DNA of 63,829 bases, counting the filler, from Octopus bimaculoides (lineage: Eukaryota): the NCBI RefSeq assembly GCF_001194135.2. It is 6 parts of 5 records of this genome, joined end to end, with 100 filler letters (N's around TTAATTAATTAA, not from the genome) between each part and the next. Parts side by side here need not be neighbours in the genome. Positions count along the whole stretch, not along the records: positions 33,175 to 59,270 come from NC_068981.1; 5 more parts are not named here. One strand, given 5' to 3'. This document shows, one piece after another, positions 37,080 through 50,474 of the stretch. Below the pieces are notes generated by a model. It saw only the letters and a list, made by a program, of their open reading frames with translations, made no database searches and had not been told where the DNA came from. Numbering within the stretch: the first letter of the stretch is position 1; each line of letters begins with the position of its first letter. A program made the position numbers and the translations under genes.

Positions 37080-37340
37080 TGCGAAATCGTTCGTTACTCT
37101 GACCTCTGTATAGACAATTTTCTGACATCACATTAAATGGAGAAACTTGTAGATACTATCCATATGAAAACCTTAAGGAAATCCTACAATACATATATCA
37201 GAACTCAAACTACCCTCACTCTATCTGAAGAAATATATTAAAACATCGCTCTCACGTTATATAAGATATCGCAGAGCGAAGCCTCTTTTAACAACGTATC
37301 AGACCCTTATAATGAAACTCTGTTACGATGTGCAGTGATT
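37080..37340 (+). pseudogene. Penelope-like reverse transcriptase C-terminal/thumb fragment
   Basis: NFL(fs)ITLNGETCRYYPYENLKEILQYIYQNSNYPHSI*RNILK resembles the PLE consensus pattern NFLD.TL....Y.PY.K......Y....SNHP..I. Confidence 0.6.
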
Positions 37341-40300
37341 TGAAAGATAGAAAAAAGAATATCACTGACAACGAAAATAATATCATTGGTCGTGAAAACA
37401 GAAAATAATGTAATTTTCTTTCATCATCATTTTAACTTAGGCGAAAATCGCACATCTTATGTAAAAACACACTTCCATTATAATCGTCAAATTTCACTGA
37501 GTTCGTTCGCCGTTAAAGTGACAAGAACAAATAAAACATGATTGGAATCAGTTATATTACTGTTTCTATCTTTAGGGTGACTGTTGAAATGTGAACAGGA
37601 CATTTCTAATGATATCTCGAGCACAGTTCCACTATGACATTACAAGCATCCAAACTTAGATGTCTAACATGCGTTACTATATGTTTTCCTAATTTGTTGT
37701 CACTGAATGTTTCCAAGCATGAGACATTATTCCGGTTTCAGGACAACTTTGATAAATTGACATAAAACAAGCATCTAAGCATCATTCGGAATCCAGTGAC
37801 ACAGACATACAGTACTTGTCAAGATACAATTAAACTTTGAGGGAGAGCCACAAATATTCTAGAAACAAACTAGAAAATATAGAGAAATACGAAAAATATC
37901 TTACGATATTCGGTGTCCTGGACACAAATGTAAACCAGAAATATGGTTCTAACATCACAAAGATTTCTGTAGATAAAAAACTTTATACTAAATGGAAATT
38001 TTATAAAATGCCGATATATCCAATCCTTTCTTTCCACCTCATTCCTGCTTTTGTAATGAATGTTTTCGTCTGGAATAGTAGTCTTAGTAGTCTCACAGCA
38101 AATATACATTGCAAAAAATGTAATACGCACTCTTCCGATTCGGCCATCTTCTTCCTTCGTTATCTATCTTTCGTTTCTTATGTTCATTTACCCTATGTAT
38201 TATTCAGCGCGTCATATATTACAGCCCATTCTAAATATTCGAAGATGTAGTTAATCAGGCCTTGCGTTTCACAAAGCAGACCGGCCACAACTAATAAAAG
38301 TACACCTTTTTTTTTATGCATTTTGTGACTACATCATTCTCTCTATAGCCCTAATGATCAACTTCGGTTAAATTTTATATATCAGTTTCTACTTTTTCAC
38401 TTTATTCCTTCTTGTTTGTGAGCAACATCGTACTTTCACTCGTTCACATATATACAAAAATATATATATATATACATACTTATGTATGTGTGTATGTATG
38501 TATCTATCTAAATATCTTTCAATTTATCTTGTTCCTACACATGTGTGTGTGTGTGTTTGTGTGTATGTATATGTACACAAAAATATACACAAATTTACAG
38601 ATGTCCATACTCATATATTTGAATAGTTCGATGTTTCTAAATTTAAAAGATTTTTCTGGCAATTCTCTAGGCTAAGTCTCCTTTGTCCCGGAAAACCTAC
38701 GATCAAAGTTCTCCTAGCCAAGCATTGATCACTAGGACTTTAGGAGCTTATATACCACTTTACCATCAATACCCAGGGCATCTTTTAATTATTTAAGATG
38801 GTCATTTGAAATCTGAGTGTTTTCTTGTGACTATCTCGAATATATGTGAATGCCTTCTAAACAGTCCGTTATTTCTTGCGTATATGTATGCATGCAGAAA
38901 TAGTGTAATGAAGTAAAAATGTGTGTATATGTGTAATATAGCGATGGCAAAGAGTAAACAAGAAAATGCAAAAACCAAAGGACAGTCATTTCTTTTGCTG
39001 CCACTGAGCCAAAACTTTCCCGCTGCAAGTGTATAATTGCATTACGCAGTATATGGAATGCTAATATTTTCCTGTACTTGGAAAGGTTAAATAAAAAATG
39101 GGAAGGTTGACAGTAATAATGCTGGAGATTTCTAATATTAATCTTATTATATTTAGTGACTGATACATCAATGCAACTGTTGAAGACTTTCCATTAAAGA
39201 CTTGAGGAATTATGTCATGAGGTAGTTGATCGCATTGTGGTGTTGACATATTTTGCTGGTTTATTACCCATGTGCAGCGAGTGAACCTTTGAATGTTTCG
39301 TCAATGCGTTCTTTGTTGGTGCTATAATGTGGTATGGTGAAATCTGAATATGTTATATAACACTGAAAATAAAAGTGAATAATATAGCTTGATATTAACA
39401 TTTTTGTTACAAAAGATTTGCGGACGTTAAATAACGATATGTTGCAATATGCATACGATAGCAACTAGTCATATAATTTGAGTCAAAGACACGTCGTGTC
39501 ATTTGGAACGTGCGTCATTTCCTTTATTTTGTATGAAATGCAAGCTTGCAGAATACGTGTAGACTATATAGTTCGTATATGAGGTTAATCTCCATTGATG
39601 TTCCGTTCGCAGTAATGCTTTAGATACTTCAATACACTTATTGTAAAAACCTACTATCTCCTCGAACTGATCGTCGAAAGCTGTGAGTGGGCGTAACTTT
39701 GTCCTAACGCATTCCTAATAGAATTTTAAAAGATTCGCATTTTGGTTTAAATTTCAGCATATGATCTTTCGAAAGTAGTCATCAATGGATTTCCCTTAAG
39801 AACTACTCTCACTTGGCAATGTGTTCATTGTATCAATATGGATCACATAATGGCCCATAAATGTCGATTACAAAAACTAGATATTAAGATTTGAACATGA
39901 GCCAAACCTATGTTTCTGCAAAGAAAGAAACAAAAATTACCTCTCCTTTGATTCTTTCAAAATCGTGTTCTACCTGCATATCGTTGACAGATTTTACCAA
40001 ACATTCGCCTTAGTAGAAGTAATAGTTTTACATAAAGCTACTAAACTGAATATTCTAGACTTACGTTTCTATTTCTTGTTATTTCTGAGAAATCTTTGTT
40101 CTTATATGTCTTGTCAGAAAGCGGCATCTTCACTCACCACATGAAATTTGCTTAACGATTTCTGTTGGTATAATCCGTTGTTACACTTTAAGCTATTGGC
40201 TTGCTGCCGAAACATCAACCTCTAATTTCTTCATAAATTCCAGTTTTTATTTGTTTCATAGAATCATACACTTCTTCTTTAGAATATTGCTCTTCTTGAA

Positions 40301-40487
40301 GCTATAATGTAGAATGCATTGTTCAGTTAAGCTTAAAGCCTCAAATAACACGAAAAAATATCAAAGCAACACAAATTATGCGTGCTGCATATGCTGGAAA
40401 CTGTCTGCATAGTGTGCAGTGAGCAATTTGTTGAGCCTAGTAATCTCTCATAAATTACTAAATGAATAATAAATTACTAAATAAATA

Positions 40488-40921
40488 AAGGCGTAGAAGA
40501 GGCTGTGTGGTAAGTAGCTTGCTTAAGAACCACATGGCTCCGGGTTCAGTCCCACTGCGTGGCCCCTTAGGCAGGTGTCTTCTACTATAGCCTCGGGCCG
40601 ACCAAAGCCTTGTGAGTAGATTGGTAGACGGAAATTGAAAGAAGTCCGTCGTATATATGTATATATATATATGTATATATGTATATATGTATATATGTAT
40701 GTGTGCGTATATGTTTGTGTGTCTGTATTTGTCCCCCCTTAACATCGCTTGACAACCGATGCTGGTGTGTTTACGTCCCCGTAACTTAGCGGTTCCGCAA
40801 AAGTGACCGATAGAATAAGTACTAGGCTTACAAAGAATAAGTCCTGGGGTCGATTTGCTCGACTAAAGGCGGTGCTCCAGCATGGCCGCAGTCAAATGAC
40901 TGAAACAAGTAAAGAGTAGAG
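40488..40921 (+). mobile_element. Full-length SINE family B with internal microsatellite
   Basis: Head ggcgtagaagaggctgtgtggtaag...gggttcagtccc, internal (TA)/(TG) tract, 3' gcatggccgcagtcaaatgactgaaacaagtaaagag. Possible 9-bp TSD taaataaat (40478-40486, 40922-40930). Confidence 0.92.
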
Positions 40922-41400
40922 TAAATAAATTGATTGACAAACCATGGTCTGAAGACCTTGTTATAAAATTCGCAAACAAATTATGCCCTGATTATAGAAA
41001 GATACCACACGAACATATGTATTCTAAAAGTAAACAAAATCCATTAATAATTTCAAGGAATCCATACGAAATTCTCACCAAGTAACGCAATCTTAATTAG
41101 ATGTATATAAGCAATACAAAGTATATAGGTAATGCAATAGATGTATATAAGCAATACAATGAGAATACAAAATAGGAAGAAAAGAATAGGAATAGACAAA
41201 TTTAAAGACTAGTTTGTTTTTGAATGTTTCGTTGTATATATACTTCATCGACAGGTGTATAAAAACGAAAAATAAACAGAATGTGCACTGTTAGAATTAC
41301 GGTCACGTAACTGTGTCGCCTTTCCCTTATCACACCATCCGCACATACATAAAAAACAACTAAATGTAGGTATACGTATATACAGTCACATATTTATAAC

Positions 41401-41402
<2 letters not shown>

Positions 41403-41468
<66 letters not shown>
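41403..41468. repeat. (CT)n microsatellite
   Basis: Pure ctctct run. Confidence 0.95.
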
Positions 41469-41472
<4 letters not shown>

Positions 41473-42161
41473 GCATATACATATGCATACATACATGCAC
41501 ACATATACATACATATCTACAAATATATGCCTGCACACACATACACAGATACACGATTATATATATATATATATAGACTGTGTATGTGCATATGGTGTTA
41601 GGAATTGATAAAGAAATAGATAAAATTATTGAATGCTTAGATAGATACACAGATTAATAGAGATATGAAGGAAAGGCCGAAAGATAGGTTAAGTGAAATG
41701 GTGGTTAGAGACACAAGAAGCAGATGTACATAAACTGAAAATATCTTTTCCCATCAGGTCAGAAATTCGTCGCCTTCAATTTATTTATTTCTCATTGTTG
41801 TCTTCTACTAAGAGTATTTCTTGCTTATACTGAACTTTAAGATTTGACCTCACTCTAGTATATTATATTGGAATTTCTATCTTTATCTTGGGGAATTAAG
41901 AAACGTACAATTGATTGGTTTTGTCGCTTGTCCAAGTAAATGATGTCTCAAAAGTTTTATTTTACTTCATTTCATTGTTTTCTCAATTCCGTCTGCTTCA
42001 TTATATTTTTTTCATTTACGCTTTTATTTGTGTTTTCATAATGTCTTATAAATTTTAATTCGATGGCGCCATTTTCATTATAGAAACCCAGCTGAGCTGT
42101 GTATTTATCTACTACCATGAGTTTGGTGAAAATATAAGCAGAATGCAGAAAACATATACAG

Positions 42162-42233
<72 letters not shown>

Positions 42234-42260
42234 ACAAACATACACAACATACATACATTC

Positions 42261-42290
<30 letters not shown>
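42162..42290. repeat. (CA)n then (AT)n microsatellites
   Basis: Direct inspection. Confidence 0.95.
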
Positions 42291-42291
<1 letters not shown>

Positions 42292-42940
42292 TATATTGTC
42301 TTATGTTGTGCTTTATAGACGTTGCCTCAATATCTATTGGCTTAAACTGTAAAGTACAATATCAATTAAGAGAGTACGGAAGCGGGATGAATGCTACAAG
42401 GCACTCAGATTACCGTTAATTATTCTACTTCTTCTATCTTATAATTCACCTAGACATAACGCCCTAATAAACATTCAATGAAGAAATAGCCTGAAAAGTT
42501 GTATGCTTGGGCATAACACACACACACATTTAGGGAAAATCCAGAAGATCTAACGATAAAATTAGTATTCTTCGATAATATCGAGATATACTTAACCACG
42601 TGCCTTCCAATTGTGGCTGTTTCGCAGAATTTATTCATGTAGAAATAGTTTCAGTATACAAGAGACAATATGTAATTGTTTGCATTAATATGCATGCTCA
42701 TCACTATACAAAACCATATTACAACCATGGTGTTACGATGATCTGATAAGCTATATTTATACCGTATACATCTGAGCAAGAGTTTTAATGAAATATAGAC
42801 GCATACATTTTTGTGTATTAGAATTAACATTATATGAAAGACGTTGCGGAACGGCCGTAAACATATGAAAGTCACACGTGAGCTGATACTTATATCCATA
42901 CATACATACATACATACAAACATACATACATACATACATA

Positions 42941-43008
<68 letters not shown>

Positions 43009-43339
43009 NNNNNNNNNNNNNNNNNNNNNNNNNNNNNNNNNNNNNNNNNNNNNNNNNNNNNNNNNNNNNNNNNNNNNNNNNNNNNNNNNNNNNNNNNNNN
43101 NNNNNNNNNNNNNNNNNNNNNNNNNNNNNNNNNNNNNNNNNNNNNNNNNNNNNNNNNNNNNNNNNNNNNNNNNNNNNNNNNNNNNNNNNNNNNNNNNNNN
43201 NNNNNNNNNNNNNNNNNNNNNNNNNNNNNNNNNNNNNNNNNNNNNNNNNNNNNNNNNNNNNNNNNNNNNNNNNNNNNNNNNNNNNNNNNNNNNNNNNNNN
43301 NNNNNNNNNNNNNNNNNNNNNNNNNNNNNNNNNNNNNNN

Positions 43340-43382
<43 letters not shown>

Positions 43383-43439
43383 CATACACTCACACACACA
43401 TAGATAGATAGATAGATAAACATACAGAAGGATCAAAGC

Positions 43440-43665
43440 ATGAACGGTCCTTCGAGCATGGGTTTATAAGGCTGGTTTCCAGGATGCTCTGGCATATATA
43501 ATTCCTCCACCCATTGGATGGAACGCTGATCTTTCGCAGGGTTACTAATGCCTAGTGTGAAACAACGTGAAATGAAATGTCTTTTTTTTTTCTTTACTTT
43601 TGTTCAGGAACACAACACATAAAGACCAGTCCAGGTATCAAACCACCGTTTCACAATCATGAAAA
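43440..43665 (-). mobile_element. Degenerate SINE family C-like copy
   Basis: caacgtgaaatgaaatgtc...caggaacacaac...ccagtccaggtatcaaacc parallels 55805-56033. Confidence 0.6.
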
Positions 43666-44429
43666 TTCGTCCTTTGTCTCCCTAAAATAACACGAGTTAA
43701 AAGATAATCCGGTGACTCAGTAAGCAAATTGTCAACTAATACAAATTACATACACACAGACTCAAAAACACACAAACACACATGATATATATGTGTGTAT
43801 GTGTGTATTAATCTCAAAGAGTGAGTGTGGTCAAAGTTCAAATTTTATGTAAATTAGCATCAAAGTGTATTGTGTATCTAACAACGTTTGGGAGGTGGCT
43901 TTGTTTGTGGATCACTTTATATTCCACATTTGTTCACCTCGGGTACATACTTTATATAATCTATTGATCCTAGAGATATGAAACATAAAATTGCCTTTCC
44001 TGGTAGTTGAATGTCTAAATAGTAAAATAATAGTCTAGATGAAATGCGCCACCGCCAGAGTTTTATGTAAATCAATACGGTTATATTCATATAAACTAAC
44101 AGGATTTGGGCGATAATCATAATAGATATTGTATGTATGTGTATATACAAAGACGATGATAGTGTGTGTGTGTGTGTATATGTGCGCCTGTGTATACGTG
44201 TGTATGTGTCAATATATATATTGACGGTATTTGTGGGCGTTGTTGAAAGGAGAGAAAATGTGCTTGATAGGTTTATTTCTCTTTATACGTTGTGGGAATA
44301 CACAGAAAGCCATTTTTGCTTGTTATTATTCTGAATATCCTTTGTTCTATGTATGTGTTCTTTTATGTGTTCATGAATTCGATTAAAGACGAATTATCTA
44401 TAATTCTTAGAATTTCATCTTATATATAT

Positions 44430-44506
<77 letters not shown>

Positions 44507-44548
44507 CTTTATATACAAATATGTGCTTATGCATAGATATAAGCATTT

Positions 44549-44582
<34 letters not shown>

Positions 44583-46339
44583 ACATCTATATACACTCAC
44601 ATGCACACGTACAGACATATGCACACACATACGCACACACAGACACCCATATCTAGGTAGAGGCAAGGAAATATAATAGACATTTCTCAAATGCAAACAG
44701 ACATCTTTTGGCCATATTCTGCAAGATGACTTTGTAATTCCTAATGAGATGTTAATGAGTTTCATGTGTGTGATGTTAAGATGGTAGAGATGCATATATG
44801 TGTATATATATATATATATATATACAGAAACGTCATGAAATGCAAGATTTGATAATTATGTTCTGTTGTACGACAAGCCCACGCCATTCACGTGAAGTTA
44901 TTTCAAGCCCTTATACTTTTTTTTATGTTGGAGGACAGACACAATAAACTAAGAAGGTGTGATAAAACAAAAGAACAAAAGCGAACGATAATGAAACAAT
45001 TTACGCTAAGAAATAAACGAATGAAATGAATGCGATAAACTTCCAAAATAACAAACTAAAATGAAATAGTCAATACAAACCAGCGAAATTGTCTATTTGC
45101 AGAAAATCAAAGAATTAATAAATAAATAAGATATTAGAAAATATATTGGATAAAAAATATTGGAAAACCAACTCTCCATTAAGCAATATACATACGATAG
45201 CAACTGGTAATATAATTTGAGTCAATTATATTACTACAACAAAATTAAATACAAGTATAAAACCTACTTATAAACATCCTTATGCTGCAATTTATAACTG
45301 ATCCAATGGTCCCTTTTCCTGACATGCTGTAGATGCATAATGTTGATATATAATGAGGGAATATTGCATTCATATATGAAATAACCATGCAATAAATACA
45401 AAATTGGAACGAATCACACTAACTAATAAGTTTTTCCTCCAATCGCTCACGTACCAATCAGTTTTCTTAGCCAGTGAATCAGCTATCGTATCACTTTATT
45501 CTTTGGCGATATCTAAGTCATGTCTATAGAATTTTTTGTATCAAGATTACCTTTTGTGTCTGCATTGTATTGATTTCTAGCATTGCCACAAGGTTTCAAA
45601 TTTTGGAGAATAATATCATCGGCTAATTCAAAACCAGATTCGAAACTTTCCAGTGAAGAAAAATCAGGAGGATATGATGCGCGACATGATTCCTACAAAC
45701 TTTCATGCCATTTTACATATGGCGAAGGCAATGTGTTAAACGAATCACAGATGGTTTTATAGAAAACCTCTCCTCTACCATCAAGACAAATTCCATTAAA
45801 CGTACATTTCCACCTTACAAATGCCTTAGAACAAATTAAAAGACTGGCTATATTTGGCATTTTGGTCAATATGTACTTATTAGTGTGTGTGACTCGTTCC
45901 AATAAAGGCATTGCATATACTTCAATGCATTCTTATATAAAAAAAGCAATAAAATATAAAAAAAAGGTAGTAAAAAAAAATGTACCTAGTATATTACATC
46001 AGTGCAATAAACAGGATGTATGAAGACAGGAAGAAAATATATCAAAGAAAAATTGACAAACAGAATGCAGGTAAGGTGATAGACGCGGTGCAAATAATAT
46101 AATTTGAAGGAAAATACCGGAAAATACGTAAGGAGAGGAGGGAGGCAGCTGAAATAATCGCACAAAATGTGCTCAATTAAGTGCGCTCATACATATATAC
46201 GCACGCACACACACGCACACACGTACACAGACACACACAAGTAGACACACTCACTTATATGTATGTATAAGTGTGTGTGTGTGTGTGTGTGTGTATACAT
46301 AATAGATAAATTGATAGATTGACTGAGAAACGGATAGAT

Positions 46340-46405
<66 letters not shown>

Positions 46406-46476
46406 CATATATAGATACAAATACATACGCACGTGCGTACTTAAGTATACAATTGGATGGATGGATACATATATGT

Positions 46477-46880
46477 ATGTGGTTGTGTGATAAGAAGCTT
46501 GCTTCCCAGCCGCATGTTTCTGGGTTCAGTCCCACTGCGTGGCGCTTTCGGCCCGTTTCTTCTACTATAGCCTCGAGCCGACCAAAGCCATGTGAGAGGA
46601 TTTGTTAGGCGGAAACGGAAAGAAGTCTTTCGTAGATATGTGTCTGTGTGTGTATGTGTGTGAGAGTATGTGTGTATTTGTGTGTATGTCTGTTTGTCCC
46701 TTCACCATCGCTTGACAATATATGTTGGTGTGCTTGCGTTCCTGTAACTTAGCGGTTGAGCATAATAGTCCGATACAATAAGTACCAGGCTTACAAAGAA
46801 TAAGTCCTGAGATCGATTTGCTCGATTAAAAGTGGTGCTCCAGCATGACCGTAGTCAAATGACTGAAAGAATTAAAAGAA
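46477..46880 (+). mobile_element. SINE family B
   Basis: gtggttgtgtgataagaagcttgcttcc...gggttcagtcccactgcgtggc...internal (TG)n...agcatgaccgtagtcaaatgactgaaagaattaaaagaa. Confidence 0.92.
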
Positions 46881-47742
46881 TCTGATAAAATGAATTTTCA
46901 TTTACTTTCACATATTCCGTCTACGTTCTCACAATTATTTCTTTCTTTTACAATTCTATGACTTATATTCTATTGCTCCGTTGTTGAGTTTATGTAAATC
47001 GAGATCCAAACAGAAGTTTTCAACACACTCATTCATTAGGCCATGATATATGTATAAAGGTAATTTTACATATGTGCATTTGTGTATTGTACATTTGTGT
47101 AACTATGCGTGAGCCTGAATGTGAATGTGTATATGCCTGTGTTTGTGTACGCGCGTGCACAAAACGTGAAAATAGTGGTTTGAATAAATTCATCGTTACC
47201 CAATATTTACTTTATTATTAATCTATGCTGAGACGTATACATTTTAACAATTGCTTTTTCGGTGTACGTCTGTACAATGTAAAGCTTATTGATGCTAACA
47301 GATAATTAAACTGGATAAATACACATGACATCAAATGATATATATGCCAAATATATTAATAATGTGAAGGAAAGCATAGAGAATTATAGGAAATTGGAAA
47401 GAGTTCTGAATATATTATAGATAAAATAGATATTACATAGAGAGAAATATGAAAGATTTTGTCAGGAATACGATTGGAATAAATATAAAGAAATATTCAG
47501 AAAAGCAGAAAATGTTATTAGAAGATATTTCGAAAGAAAGGAGAGACTGAAAGAAAATGATGGAAAAGAACAGAGTAAAATACAAGGAAACGAGTGAGAA
47601 GGGAGAGCGTAAAAAGTAGGGAAATATGTATGAAAACTGTTATGCTGAAGGACAATAATGACTTGACTTTCTCGAAGGAAATTCAAGATACGGAAAGTGA
47701 AGGGTAGGTATAAAAAATAAAGACGAGAAAGTAGAATAGATT

Positions 47743-47795
47743 TCACCACCACCACCACCACCACCCCTACCACCACCACCACCACCACCGCCACC

Positions 47796-47832
<37 letters not shown>
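47743..47832. repeat. (CAC)n-(TAC)n trinucleotide tract
   Basis: Direct inspection. Confidence 0.95.
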
Positions 47833-49139
47833 TGTTAAGGAACTATAGGATTGACACGCGAAAAGGCATATTCATAGACACATATAAACGTATATATATA
47901 TTCATGTGTATCGTTGCAGCTTGTATAAATGTGTGCACGTGACCGGGTCCACAAATTGAATTATATCAGATCTTAGCTGCTAATTAAGTCAGTTCGAAGT
48001 AAAACTGAACGATAAGAAGGAAGGAACTGTGTCTAAGTCTGCGGACATGTCCGAATTATGTATTCTTTATTGACTCAGATGTTTTCTTCAAGCTATGCAA
48101 CTTCATTATACAAAAACCAGAATTATACTTAATTGCTCAAATTTCACCCATTCTTCTACCCCGAAGGGCTACATAATAATCGCCAGATACTACTGAGGAT
48201 GATGTCTTTGATGAAGTTACAGATAGTTTTACTCGCTATTTTCTTAAAGGAAGTAGCTGAAATTGCCGAAAACTTAATTAAATATAATGTTAGAGTGAAG
48301 CTTGCAGTTCCTTCATAGGAGTAACAGGAAATGAAAACTTTGTCGGAATTTAGTAACAATCGTCTACATAGTTCAAATCTCACACGGTCTTTATGTTTTC
48401 TTCTATTATTTCAGTTTAGGTGAAAAATCCAAGAAGTTTGTAGTTGAAACTTTACAACTTACAAAATATTTGATGTCCACGTAGTCATATAAGATTTTAT
48501 TGTGCAAATATATCGTCCCTCCTGACTTTGACGAAACCCTAAATGTATTCTTCTCTTTGATCAAGTATCTCATTCGGTGTGATACATGTATACGAATCAT
48601 TGTATGCGTACATACACACACACATACATACATGCATACATACATGGCGTATACATATACATATATGCATACGCAATGATGTATATGTGCGCGTGTCTGT
48701 GCGAGCAAGTATGTATACATATATATATGCATTTATGCATGTATATGTGTACGCGTGCATATCCACGTAGGTGTATATGTGATGGGTTTAAACTTCTACC
48801 ATTACCGAATTTTCTGTATCTGATGTGTTGAAGAATTTCTGATAAACCTTTCCATTCCATAGCTTTGTCGATGAATATTTCATATGCATGCAATTCGGCC
48901 ATCATTTATATGCTGTTCTGATACTGTAGCAAAGTAAAAAAAAGAAATAGTGTATCGAATGATAAGATATTTCGACAAGCCATACTAAAAGCTGGCACAG
49001 AAATATGAGGTATAATACACTTTACTTGCAAAACCAATCCTTGACTTAGTACATAAAGAATCGTAGGTAAGACAGACGTTGAACTACAGTATGCTGAAGT
49101 ATTACCTCTCTAAAAATCTCCTTGGGGTGACACTAAAAT

Positions 49140-49530
49140 AATTATTAACATCTGAAAAGAAAAAGAAAAAGGCTAATGGCTTCAATAACCATGTGAAGAT
49201 TTTTTTAAAATCGAGAACATTTAGAAATGAGAATAGAAGATGTAATCTGTGTACCGTTGTTAAAAAATTCATTCTTAAAATATTCATAATTCTGATATTT
49301 CCTAAGTACTTCAATCTAAACTTTTTCAAAATCCAGGTACTTTGGCGATTTTCTTTCTCCATCTTCCCTTCTTTGGACTTTTTCTATATTCCTGATGAAG
49401 AGCTCCGCTCGAAAGGTGAAATCCTCTTTCTTTTCTTTCCTTTCCTGAGCGTCCAATAACACAGTACTTGTTCCACGTCCTCGCATTGTTGTTTTGTCTT
49501 GCTTGTTCTTGTTTGGATTGACTATATATA
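49140..49530 (+). mobile_element. Penelope-like element 3' end (GIY-YIG C-terminus plus terminal repeat)
   Basis: ...KIFLKSRTFRNENRRCNLCTVVKKFIL matches the KRCNLC..EK..I end of Penelope-clade endonucleases. It is followed by CTGATGA-a-gagc-tcc-gctc-GAAA and abuts (TA)n. Confidence 0.7.
49389..49420 (+). ncRNA. Degenerate hammerhead motif
   Basis: CTGATGA 49392-49398, stem II GAGC/GCTC with TCC loop, GAAA 49411-49414. The downstream GGTG departs from the CGTH needed for stem III and cleavage. Confidence 0.5.
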
Positions 49531-49628
49531 NNNNNNNNNNNNNNNNNNNNNNNNNNNNNNNNNNNNNNNNNNNNNNNNNNNNNNNNNNNNNNNNNNNNNN
49601 NNNNNTATATATATGTGTGTGTGTGTGT

Positions 49629-49664
<36 letters not shown>

Positions 49665-49774
49665 GTGTATTCGAGGACGTGTATATATGCATATATATAC
49701 ATACATACATACATATATATATATATATACATATACATATGTGCATATATGGGACTGGTTTGTTTTAAAATATC

Positions 49775-49809
<35 letters not shown>

Positions 49810-50103
49810 CACATACACAAACACACATCTGTGTGGGCGTATGTCTGTCAGACGAGGGAAGGAGTCGATTAGGGAAAGCGTAAGTCCTTTTATGTTATTT
49901 AAAAGGAAATTCTTGACATCTGCATAATTGGTACGTGCTTCCCGTGATCTGACACACCATGTGAAAAATAATAAAAGCAAATTAGATGTGACAACTGGCC
50001 GATTAAGAGTAAGATTCCGCATGAATTAGTGGGAGGGACAAAAGATATGTAATACAACTTTAATAGGTTACCGGTTTTCCTTGAGCAGATAGCAACTGCA
50101 ATG

Positions 50104-50474
50104 ATACTGATGGTGATGTCGGAACGTATTTCTTTGGGAATGGGACTAAATGTGAACTCTGAACTGCAGAGATCTTGGGAATTACACCTTATCTAAGCCG
50201 AAAGAAATGTATAAACAAAACACACACTAGAGGAACATACACATTGATCCACGAATGCTCGTATAATTCCTGAAAGCACACACCCAAGTATTTGTTGTAT
50301 TCCCAACAAATTTACATATGTCAGTTAGCTAATGGAGAATTTTGAAAAAAATAACGTAAGAGTAAATTTTGTAAGTTATTTTACATATTTGTGTTGCTGT
50401 TGAGATTTCTGCAGTTCAGAGTTCACATTTTGTCCTATTCCCAAAGAAACCTATTTCGACTTCACCATTAGTAT
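50104..50474. repeat. Inverted repeat, ~72-bp arms
   Basis: 50104-50175 (atactgatggtgatgtc...tttctttgggaatgggactaaatgtgaactctgaactgcagagatct) is the reverse complement of 50403-50474 with scattered mismatches. Confidence 0.85.

Noticed and set aside
41099-41159. 21-bp direct repeat agatgtatataagcaatacaa x2
   Set aside because: Short AT-rich local duplication with nothing element-like between the copies.
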